A stretch of 63,730 nt of DNA, counting the filler, from Rhabdomonas costata (lineage: Eukaryota), in assembly GCA_019059605.1 (NCBI GenBank). It is 58 parts of 58 records of this genome, joined end to end, with 100 filler letters (N's around TTAATTAATTAA, not from the genome) between each part and the next. Parts side by side here need not be neighbours in the genome. Positions count along the whole stretch, not along the records: positions 50,629 to 51,630 come from JAHMHO010034474.1; positions 51,731 to 52,730 come from JAHMHO010034475.1; positions 52,831 to 53,830 come from JAHMHO010034476.1; positions 53,931 to 54,930 come from JAHMHO010034477.1; positions 55,031 to 56,030 come from JAHMHO010034478.1; positions 56,131 to 57,130 come from JAHMHO010034479.1; positions 57,231 to 58,230 come from JAHMHO010034480.1; positions 58,331 to 59,330 come from JAHMHO010034481.1; 50 more parts are not named here. One strand, 5' to 3'. Position numbers and translations under genes: made by a program. Within the stretch, counting starts at the first letter, position 1. Each line of letters begins with the position of its first letter. This document shows positions 50,838 to 61,530 of the stretch, piece after piece. Under the pieces are notes generated by a model. The model was not told the DNA's origin and made no database searches. It saw only the letters and a list, made by a program, of their open reading frames with translations.

Positions 50838-52598
50838 ACGGAGAGAGAGCGGGTGCAGCTTCGCCCAGAAGCGGTAGGGCAGCAGAGCAGCAACGTCGTC
50901 ACCAAAGGGAACAGGAGAGCCGTTGAGAAGGGAGGTGGTCGGGTTCAGTGTCGTTTCTCAAGGTTGTCATTCTGGAGGGACCTCGTTGTAGGCTGCCCCT
51001 CACCTCACATCACGGCCGGTGCCTCCGGTCGCCGTCTCTGAAAGGGAAGACAAGCGCGGTGGAAGTCAGAGAGCACCCGCGATGTTTCACTGCCCCACAA
51101 CCTCTTGCCGTCAGCATTGCGAGCATCTTGCGCAAGATGTTGTGTCAGCAATCACGGACGCTTTTGGATTGCCTCCATGAAGAACGTCACCATGTTTTGA
51201 TGCTTCTATCAATCCGGTCACTGGCAAATGATCGTCCAGGAATCGTCAAGGAAGAAGCGTCCGCTCCTCTCCCAACTGCCGACTGGACTTCTATTGACTG
51301 TCGTTCAGCCAACTGCATGAGACCCATTGGCGTCGAGGTGATCTCGCAAAAGACCGATGATTTCTGTCCTCGCGATGGGACATACTCCAGCGGTAGAGAC
51401 GGGAGCATTGGGACGTGCGGAACGAAAAGCAGAGATTTGGAATCGGAATATTTAAATGGTTCCGCTGCCACCCTCGCATTACCTAGGTCTCACGCTCAAC
51501 TCGGCCTTTATCGACGACACCGCCGGCTCGAGAGTAGACCATATCCACATGAAGATGAACTCCTTAACCTCAACCTTAACCTCAACTTTCCTGTCGAGAT
51601 GGTTCCATTTCTCCACTCCGCTCGGAACCTNNNNNNNNNNNNNNNNNNNNNNNNNNNNNNNNNNNNNNNNNNNNTTAATTAATTAANNNNNNNNNNNNNN
51701 NNNNNNNNNNNNNNNNNNNNNNNNNNNNNNTGTGGGGGGTCCCACAGGTCTCGTCCTTACCCCAGAAGCTCAGGGCTGTACAGGCCCGCGGCAGACATCT
51801 GGGGCAAGGACGAGACCTGTGGGCCCGCCCACCGCCCGTATGCAAGAAGCACTCCCCAGAGAGTGTCATTAATCCGTTGCTCCTTGGATCCCCGCAAACG
51901 TGGGGTGCGATTTTGCTGAAGGGCAGCATCCACCCAAGCGATAAGTTATGGAGTACTTGTTCATGCCCCGATGTCTGATACATAGAAAACCAGAACGGCC
52001 GCAGGTTGATGATGGTTAAGGGAGGGAAGAGGGCGGGGAGGGTTAGATCAGGTTAGGTAATGAATGCTGCCAAAGGGAGGGAGACCAGAGATCAACAGCA
52101 GGGTTGATCTTCGACCAGAGCGCCATCAGAATCACTTGCGTATCAAAGCGAAGGCGTACCTGAAACCCAGCGGCCGAGGACGGGCGAGAGTTGAAGCCGT
52201 TGATCACCGGGAAAGGTGCTGCGTGAGGGGGGGGAGGAGGAGGAAAGTGTAAACAAGCCTGTGGACTGAACCCGCAAGCTGAAGAACGATGAGAGGGGGA
52301 TTGTGGTGGGATGTGCAAAGCACAAACGTGACTCGACGCACAGGGATTTGTAGCACAGAAGATTCACCACAGAAGGCAGAGAGGCGTTGTAAACGAATAC
52401 CGATTCGAACGGCGACATACAAACCATGTTCTATTGATATCTGCGGGTCATAGCCCTCTGACCCGACCGCGAATTCCGTTTTAAACCCCTGCTCATATTT
52501 TCAAATTCTACGGTATTTTGGGCATTTACGGACCCCCCCCTCCAAAAACCTGCTGGAACCCGCACAACAAATGAAAGCCCAAGACATCCTGGAAAGAG

Positions 52599-52723
52599 TC
52601 CCAGGGGACACGTGCATCGCCTCCCAACCCCTGCCAAAAGCTTTTAATGCAATCCCAGGGAACTCGTACATCGCCTCCCAACCCACTGCAAATCTTCTAT
52701 TGCAATCCCAGGGAACCCGTACA
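52599..52723 (+). repeat. Degenerate ~54-bp tandem repeat (about 2.3 copies)
   Basis: TCCCAGGG..CGT.CATCGCCTCCCAACCC recurs. Confidence 0.75.
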
Positions 52724-53383
52724 CCAACCCNNNNNNNNNNNNNNNNNNNNNNNNNNNNNNNNNNNNNNNNNNNNTTAATTAATTAANNNNNNNNNNNNNN
52801 NNNNNNNNNNNNNNNNNNNNNNNNNNNNNNGGGTGGTTGGGGTTTGGGCGTGTTTCTTCCCTTTTTCTTACCTTTAAGACGTGATGCAATACCAAACCGG
52901 TTCCGTCGTGGCTCTGGAATGGTTTTCGAAGTGATTATTGAGTTGCTGACTTCCTTCCTTCTTCATATTACTCGATGAAGGGCCTCTCAAAGGCACCTTT
53001 TTTCTAGGTGACTTTGGCTTGTCTGGCTTGTGCGATGGCCACCTTCCCTTGCTTCGTTGTTCGACTGCTGGCTCTGGGTGGCACTGGGCGCTCCTGTCTA
53101 TGGCGCCATTTGCCACCGGAGCTCCTTGCAGACTCCTCTCACACTGTTTGCGTAAGCGATTATAGGGTGCTCCGGCATGAATACAATCTGGTTAGGAACC
53201 CTACCTCACGGAATTCTTCCTCTGCATCTATTTGTCCTGCCTAGTATACGTGTACTTTGATATTTTCTGGTGAGCAGCGAACATCTCATTGGCGTTTTCC
53301 TTCATTTTTCTCTGTAATCTGGTGGGTCCTTTGCTTTTCTCTGTCCTTGATGCTTTTGTCTATGTTGTGGCGCTTTCCCGCAG

Positions 53384-53470
53384 AGTCCCGGGCCGATATT
53401 CACGCCCGCAATGACACTGGCATCAGTCCTATCGATCTCTGTGAGCCTCGTCTCGGAGGCTTCCTTGAAG
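53384..53470 (+). CDS. Ankyrin-repeat exon
   Basis: ADIHARNDTGISPIDL; AG/GT bounded. Confidence 0.7.
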
Positions 53471-54344
53471 GTGCCTACCCTCTGTGGGTCACTCGGCTGC
53501 TGAAATTTCTCTGGAGACTTCGAGTTCTACCGGCGTTTGATTCCACCGTGTTTGGCCTGGGTGCTCTTATTCGTTTGATGATTTTGTGGTGCCGTCCTTC
53601 TCTCTGCCTTTATGGACTCTTTCATGGACGCTGATGCTTGGATAGCAGACCAGCGACCTTTCCGTACAGAAATATTACCCGGCAGCGATAACGAAAGTGG
53701 CAGGTTACTTTGGCGTACCCTATATTTTATTTAGTTTATACCCTAAAATTAGAATGAGTTTTCTCTGTGGTCGGACGTGGTCCCCACTTCCCGAATCAGT
53801 AGGAAACTCATTCTAATTTTAGGGTACAAANNNNNNNNNNNNNNNNNNNNNNNNNNNNNNNNNNNNNNNNNNNNTTAATTAATTAANNNNNNNNNNNNNN
53901 NNNNNNNNNNNNNNNNNNNNNNNNNNNNNNGTGTGGGTGGTATGCCTGCGCTGCTGTGTTGCTTAGAAGTCAATGTGGTGATTTTTAGACCCCTTTAGGG
54001 TTTTTGGGCAGTTCTCGATGCAGGCTCCCCATGTAGATCAATGGGCGGAGACACTCGGGGCACGCCGCCCTACAGCGCACATCGGGAGGAGGGACACGCC
54101 GAGACGCAAACGCACCAATGAGCAAAAGGCAGATGTCTCAATGGCCAGTCCAAAGTGTCGAGGGAACCCCCCCGAAACAAGCGCCAGAGAAAGGCACTGA
54201 AGACGGAGTGATTCACGAGCAGGCCGTGAACCTTAAGCTCCGCACTTCCCTCTGGGCGTTCTTCTGGCCGTTCTCAGGCATCATCTCTGGTTTCGCGAGT
54301 GCTCGGGCCAGTCTTGCGGCCGACGGATTTTTTTTTCGCTGAAC

Positions 54345-54437
54345 TCTAAGCAGCTTGGTTGCCACGGCGGCATGGCCAGTCCAAGCGACCCAATGGAGTG
54401 CAGTGGATTTGAATCCGTTCACAGCCTCGACTTCGGC
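54345..54437 (-). CDS. Ankyrin-repeat exon
   Basis: AEVEAVNGFKSTALHWVAWTGHAAVATKLL; 93-nt phase-0 exon. Confidence 0.85.
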
Positions 54438-55331
54438 CTGAAATTTCCAGCCCGGACCCAAAAATCTAGTGCAAATGCACCTCCAAAAACCAAAAAAAAT
54501 TTCCGGTGGATGAAAAAAGCCTGTTAAGCCCAGCTGCATACCAAGAACAAAACAGTTATTTGCGATAGTGGATTCCGATATGCCTGCAGCCTAAGATGAC
54601 TTTCTGACTTTCTGACTTTTGACTTCTCGTCCTTATGTGGTGTTGGTGAAATTTGCTACAAGGGCAGCAGAACCAGAATCTATGACGTTGACAGTTCTGT
54701 CAACATTGTCGTCGGTGACAGTGTAATTGACCCTTTGCCTTTATTTTTCACTAGTTCTCTATCAATGGCAATACTTTCTGCTTGTGTTCCGGTTTACATC
54801 CTCCTTCGGCGCTTCTTGCCACAGCGGCTGCGTCCCAGCGTACCTCCACGCGGCCTCTAAAGGGTTAGTTCCAGACTGTGTGGCATGAGTCCCTTCCTTC
54901 TTTTCCCCGAGCCGAGCTCCCCCCCCCACANNNNNNNNNNNNNNNNNNNNNNNNNNNNNNNNNNNNNNNNNNNNTTAATTAATTAANNNNNNNNNNNNNN
55001 NNNNNNNNNNNNNNNNNNNNNNNNNNNNNNTGTGGGTGTGTTTGGGGGGTGGGGTGAGGTTCGGGCATTGATTTGGGGTCATGCTTTTGTGCGGCTTCTT
55101 CCAAACGGTCAAGTTGCGTCAATGTCTATCAACTCTTTTCGTGGTGAGCAGCTCGGCTACAGAATCTGGGCACGCAAACGGTGTTAATGGCTTTCTCTCA
55201 CTTCCGACCGCTGCGATACAACGCTTTGTTTCTGTCAAAGCAGTGGGCAAGCGCCGAGTGCATTCTGTGACGCAAAACAAACCGTATCTCATCTCTCACC
55301 ACCACCACCATCACCGCTACCACGCATTTAC

Positions 55332-55534
55332 CTGGGCGAGAGGAGTGCCAGGCGGGCCTTCGTGGGGCTCAGCAGCGCCGAGAGAGGGGAAGTCAGCGTG
55401 AAGGCGTCCGGGGAGGCCCGGGGCCGGTGGCACCGCAGCAGCGCCGCGGTGCTGTCCGCGACGTCACGGGAGTGCAGCTCCCGCGGTAGGTCCAGCACCC
55501 CATCCCCAAAGGGGTTGCAGCAGCACGTGCATCG
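55332..55534 (-). CDS. Exon of unknown protein
   Basis: CTCAG| ... |GTAAAT bounded GC-rich open frame. Confidence 0.4.
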
Positions 55535-56179
55535 CTGAGAGGCACAATCAAAGACCGGAACCACGCTGAGGCTGCGGTTCGGATGCCGGACAGAATCAGG
55601 CGGAAGATGACCCAAAGGTTCAAGACAGTTCAGCTACCGTCCCGCGACGTCATGACAATGCGGTGGTTGGTGTGAAGGTGACGACCTGGACAGAGTTCGG
55701 CTAATCCCAAGATTCCACCCTGACCGTTGAGTTTTGCGAAAAGCGGAGAGGAAAACTGCACTGCATTACACATCAGAGGCCGCGTGGAAAACCCAAAAAA
55801 GTCATAAGCGACCCATGCTCACCAGTAAAACCAGAGAAAGTGATCGGTCATTCGCCGGGGACACACATGAGAGAGAAAGCACAAAGGGGTTGCTTAGTCA
55901 ATCCATATTAAGACCTAAACGAACATATCTGTGCACCGACGTTTCGCATAGTCGCGCCAAGCATTGAACAGCGCGCAGGAAGAAAACCCTCGCCCAATGT
56001 AAAGTTTTCCGAGCTGCAATCAAACAACAANNNNNNNNNNNNNNNNNNNNNNNNNNNNNNNNNNNNNNNNNNNNTTAATTAATTAANNNNNNNNNNNNNN
56101 NNNNNNNNNNNNNNNNNNNNNNNNNNNNNNATGTGGACCCCAGAATTTGTGGCCCCCCTTGTGCTGTGTCACCAACACC

Positions 56180-56706
56180 TCCAGAGATTCAGAGGCTCAA
56201 TCAAGAATTTGCGCACATCTTTCCAGCGTCAGTTCCCGGATGGTTACCCCCTTCAAGTAGGACGGACCACAGGATTGATTTGAAGCCTGACAGCAAGGTA
56301 CCAGCCCAAAGGCTGTACCTAATGTTCCCGGAGGAAGATGAGGAATTGCGGAATCAACTGAAGAGTCTCCAGGAGCTTGGTTTTATAGAGCCAGGTACAT
56401 CGTCTTATGGCGCAGGTGTGCTGTTAGTTCCAAAGGCCAACGGTAAGTTGCGGCTGTGTGTTGATTACAGACCGCTTAATGCAATTACGGTTACAGATGC
56501 GTACCATTTACCCCGAATTGGCGAGATGATTGATTACGCTGGAAAGGCGAAGTGGTTCTCGAAGCTGGATTTGCATGCGGTATTTCATCAGATCCGCATT
56601 CATCCAGAGCATGTGGAGAGGACGGCATTCAAGACAAAGTATGGTTCGTTCCAATTCAGAGTGATGCCGTTTGGGTTGTGCAATGCCCCATCCACGTTCC
56701 AGAGAA
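56180..56706 (+). mobile_element. Ty3/gypsy reverse transcriptase, N-terminal half (truncated before YxDD)
   Basis: LPP..DHRIDL, PKANGKLRLCVDYRPLNAIT, FSKLDL..FHQIRI, TAFKTKYG.F.F.VMPFGLCNAPSTFQR. Confidence 0.95.
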
Positions 56707-58067
56707 CTGACGTTTTGCCCGTCCCCAAAGCACTTCGGGTGTCTCTGACAGCAGTTTTATATCTTCACATCTGTCAACAATACACACGCGCACCTGATGG
56801 ACGACCAATACATGACCGATGCCCCGCCGCCTTGGCTGGCCCAAATTCTGCATCGGGTGGACGCTCGCACGGACTTCCTCGAGTCGCGCCTTGCTACCCT
56901 ATCTCTTCGCTCGTGTCCTTCGAAGCCCCAGCCCCGCTTCCCGAATATGTCTCCACACCGGAGCTTGACCATCCTCCAGCTCCCGCCCGACTACCGCATC
57001 TTCCTGGTGCCGCTCTCCACCTCCTTTGCCAGCCTCTCGTCCACCCTCAACAGGGAGGAGGCCCAAAGCTTCCAGGATGCCTACACACAAGCACGCATCT
57101 CCGTGCTGTCTACCGTCCCCCCCCCCCCCCNNNNNNNNNNNNNNNNNNNNNNNNNNNNNNNNNNNNNNNNNNNNTTAATTAATTAANNNNNNNNNNNNNN
57201 NNNNNNNNNNNNNNNNNNNNNNNNNNNNNNTCCATTTGCCAAAAGAAAGGAAGGCTACCGCCTCACCACCGAAACAGGCAACCAGGATCCCGAGGTGCAA
57301 GATACTACAAGGAGGAGAGCAGATGGGAGGTGACACATTCACATCGGTATACGGGAAAGAGAGCAGTGGAAAACGAAACGTAACTCTGCGGTGAAACAGG
57401 ATGCACTTTTTAAGGAGAACAACACGGAATCCGGGAGGACGACGAATGCGGAACTTGGGGAGGGGTGGTGACCGTATTGCAAGCAGAACGGGCTATAACA
57501 ACACAACACACCGTAAGCGATGTGGCGCGAAGGGGCATCAGAAATAATGCGGCCAACACAAGGATGTCACAAGAATGCTGTTCCAGAATGCCAAGTAGCG
57601 ATATAAGGTGAAAATTCTTCTCAGGCTTGCTTGCTTGCCATCTTGAACAGTGCTTATACAGCTTTGTCCTTAATGGTGCACTTCGACCACCTTCATGCAG
57701 ACCACTAATGATAACGAAGAAGGTCAGCCGCCAAAAATCCGGGCAGCACGAGCACCATCTGTCACAATGGGAAAGATATATATCCCTCTCTGGTGTGAGG
57801 AACATTATGTCACAATCGAGGCCTTCCTTTCTGAGAGGGAGGTGCAGCAGCAAAACGTGAGGGAATGAGGGGGGTGCAGCAATATACCGAGCAGTCAGTT
57901 GGAATGCAATACGGCCGAATGGCTGAGGCAAACTACCAAAGTCCGCCGGCACAAGTTGGTGCGCGCAGTGGCGAGAGAAGAGAAGCGGGGGAGTGGGGTT
58001 GGCTTGCGAGAGAGGGAAATCGTCCAAGCGGACACGCGCGGGTTTTATCCCTCCGCCCACAATTTAC

Positions 58068-58195
58068 ATGGTCCGCTTGTAGGTCACCTTCCACAGCTGG
58101 GTCAGCGCGCAGTGGAGCACGGGGCATGTCGACGCAAACTCGGCAATGATGCGCTCCACCTTGGCCGCGTAGGCTGCCTCCATTTCTTCGAATTT
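58068..58195 (-). CDS. Exon of unknown protein
   Basis: GCAG|KFEEMEAAYAAKVERIIAEF...KRT|GTAAAT; GC3-rich. Confidence 0.45.
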
Positions 58196-58649
58196 CTGCG
58201 CACCCCAGTGAACGCCCGCAACCTCCCCCCNNNNNNNNNNNNNNNNNNNNNNNNNNNNNNNNNNNNNNNNNNNNTTAATTAATTAANNNNNNNNNNNNNN
58301 NNNNNNNNNNNNNNNNNNNNNNNNNNNNNNGGGGGGGGTGGGTGCTCGTCGCTACACAGTCTCCAGGATTGTCAGGAAAGGCCGATTGGTCCAGTTTGGC
58401 GCAAGTTTGGGTACTTTGCATTTTGGTGACCTCTGAGTTGAGGAAATTCCTAAAATCAACGTTCGTGTTTGGTCCCCAGCTACAGGTACACGTGACATGC
58501 TTTGAGGTTGCATAATGGAGGCTGCACGGTTTGTCTTTTCTTTGAAGAATCTTGCCATCTTGCCATCACTGCTGAGCTTCCTTTTATGGCCAGATGAAGT
58601 CCTGTGCTTCTGCCGTCGCGGTCGATCGCCCTACTATTTTCTAGACAGG

Positions 58650-58806
58650 ATGCCACGGGAGCTCATCGGAATTCAGGTGGGGCAATGTGGCAACCAACTG
58701 GGTTGCCGATTTTGGGACATAGCGTTGCAGGAGCATTTCGAGCATTCTCGGGGGACTTTTGACGAGTCCATGACGAGCTTCTTCCGCAATACTGACGCAA
58801 AGTCGG
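58650..58806 (+). CDS. TUBE1: Epsilon-tubulin, first exon
   Basis: MPRELIGIQVGQCGNQLGCRFWDIALQEH...FDESMTSFFRN matches the epsilon-tubulin N-terminus; donor |GTGCGT. Confidence 0.9.
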
Positions 58807-60703
58807 GTGCGTATTCCGTCTCTCTCTGTCTCACCAAAGTTCCCGTGTTTTTTCCGTAGCCGAAACGGGGCAATTGAATAGTCGAAAACGAGCCCTGGCT
58901 TGGGTGCAAGTGCGAAGTACGAGGTATTGTCAGTTTTGCACCCGAGACAGGCTGATGTGCTTTTCCAGAAGCATCTTGCCTGCAAGTATGAATGAATATT
59001 CTTCTGCGTCATCCACTAGTAGTGCACGGAGGCACATCAAAAGCAAGCAAAGAAAAAAACAAAGGCATGTTACATCTCGAAGCTCAGAATTTAGTGTGTT
59101 ACGAGTTTCTGCTTGAAGTCCTGGAAACGCTATAAAATGCCACAAGTCTGGTATGTATGCAAATGATAAGTTTTGAACGTTTTCAAATTACCGAGGCTAA
59201 AAAGCACGTGTTCTCTGTTAACGGTGTAACGTGCAGTATAATTCAACTGTAATTCACAGAAAGCACAGAAAAGGTGTAGAATAGTCGATATGGCCGAGAA
59301 ATGGCAAGCAGGAAAGAAACTTAAACACACNNNNNNNNNNNNNNNNNNNNNNNNNNNNNNNNNNNNNNNNNNNNTTAATTAATTAANNNNNNNNNNNNNN
59401 NNNNNNNNNNNNNNNNNNNNNNNNNNNNNNCACGAAGCTCCGAGCTGACGGATTTTTTTGGGGGGGGGATGCCGGTCAAGCTGGAGAGCTCTTCTCTCCA
59501 GCAGCGCATTCTGGAAGTTGCGGTTTAAGTGGACACTCCGGTACGTTGTTCATGACTTTCCGGGACGGCGGCGACCAGCAGAGCGATATGGCTCCCGGGC
59601 CAAACCCATCACACTCGCGATCCGCGGATGCACGTATCACGTAGCAGGAGTGGGCGGCTTCAAATCCTCCTGGCGCCGAGCATATGGTCAGGTGAAGCGT
59701 GGCGGATACAGCCCGAAATGGCGGCGGCGGCCAATGGCAATGGCGGCGCTGCGCCACGGAGCAGCTTTGTATGCACTACCGCGAGCGCTTCGCTTTGCCA
59801 TGGATTCGAAGCGGACAGCTGGTGGCCCGTGATTCTGCAGCACGTGATGCGCTCTAGCTAAACTGCGATCGGACACTGGGTTTGTGTCTGCTTTCTTTTA
59901 AAAAGGTTTATGGTTCCGACAAGTTGTCAACCTGTTGGGGTTGTTTCTTTTTCTCCATTTTTTTTGTGATTCTCCACCATCCCTGCAACCCCCCCCCAAA
60001 AAAAAAGCCGCGCACATTCTTGCATTTCAGTGCCACGATTCACCCTTACCTATTTATCTTTTGGTGGCCGCGTCGTTGGCTTTTGTGTTTCATTGTTTGG
60101 CAGAGCAGAATCTGTCATATGCAGTAGTTGATCATGTTATCTGATCGAAAATTTCTGGTTGAAAGGCTGCTTGGCCAAAAGCTAGTTTTCTTTCCCACGG
60201 GTGAATTTCCTTAATATAGTCCCCGGGCAGGTTCTCTGCGTAGAGAAACCGGTCTCTCTCTCATTCCTCCTTCACTCTCACATTGCACCTCACATGCACA
60301 AACACGCCCATACCAAGATGCCGCTTCAAATCGTCCACGTCAGTGCACAGCACGTCCAGAGGGTAAGCCTTGTCCTGAAAGCAGTACGCCCCTTTCAGGT
60401 GTAATTGAGCCCCAACCCCCACAAACACAANNNNNNNNNNNNNNNNNNNNNNNNNNNNNNNNNNNNNNNNNNNNTTAATTAATTAANNNNNNNNNNNNNN
60501 NNNNNNNNNNNNNNNNNNNNNNNNNNNNNNGGGGTTGGGTACGAGAAGTGCACCCTATAGGGTCCGTGAAATGCACCAAAATGCACTTGGTTGGGTGGGG
60601 GGGGGGGGTTCTCGTGATGCCCCAGTGCCGTGTGATTGTATGTATTTGTATGGCATGTGCATTTGGATTTGGATGTGGCGTGCTGCTCTGGTTCTTCTTG
60701 TAG

Positions 60704-61530
60704 AAGCTTGAGCTGGCACAAAAGGTGCGGGGCTGCGAGAACCCCCGTCTTCAGTCCCTGCGCCTGAGGCAAGGGCACGGAGTGGTGGCCCGCACCCTGG
60801 TCGATAACTCCGGCCTGATCCCCAAAGAGGACGCCGCCCAGATGGTCGAGAACGACCGCACCCCTTCCACGAGAGAGCACATTCAGGTGGTGAAGCAGGC
60901 CTACAAGCAGAAGTGGGGATTGCTTATCGTCAGCGCGACAGGTGTGAGAGGGCAAGGAGGCAATGGCATCCCTCAACTCCTCCGGAGCTGTGTTCAGCTT
61001 TTTTCCCGTCCAGTTTTACATTTTTTCCATGGTGTGGTAGTGACCTCAGCGGTTGCCACTATCTTGGAACCTTCAAGGTCGGGAAAGCACCGTGTGTCTG
61101 TGTCCCGAAATTACTGCTGCCCTTCGATAGCACACACACTGCGCGCTTTCGGATTCCAGAGTTTCTCTCGACCTTTAACCCCTTGCAAAGTCCTGTGTTC
61201 GAATCGCAGCGAACGTAAATCGCCTTCACAAAAAATACAATCGCATACGCACCTCACTGCATTGCAGTGCCCAAACAGTTTTGCCATGTTGGCTTGATTC
61301 TTTTGAGAAGGCCAAAGCAGTGTGCATCAATGCCTTTGACTGCTCCTTGGTGGTCCCCAGGAATTGGAAAGACAGCTGTGGTGTGGTATTGCGCGATGAT
61401 CCTGAACAAGTTCATCTTGCGGATGCTGATGTCCGCTAGCCTTTGCGTGGAGGACTTCCTGGGACGACTGGTTGTGCACTGCCCCAGAGGTGGCAGTCCA
61501 TACTTTACCTTCAAGCTGGGCCACTTCGCC
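60704..61530 (+). CDS. Midasin-like (MoxR/dynein-related) AAA+ module, exons 60704-60941 and 61361-61530
   Basis: TPSTREHI...LLIVSATG|IGKTAVV...ILRMLMS...EDFLGR...FTFKLG resembles the midasin AAA pattern. Confidence 0.65.

Noticed and set aside
50948..51630. Long ORF of about 228 codons
   Set aside because: No recognisable motif, codon bias or splice structure; cannot be supported as a gene.
7468..53826. About 12 near-perfect hairpins (7468-7602, 7713-7811, 13217-13333, 30825-30863, 33027-33162, 36082-36221, 37124-37231, 37423-37499, 42660-42821, 46256-46349, 50630-50683, 53739-53826) as structured RNAs, terminators or TIRs
   Set aside because: All lie at or near contig ends, share no sequence with each other, and one overwrites a coding exon. 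They are best explained as fold-back/template-switch amplification artefacts.
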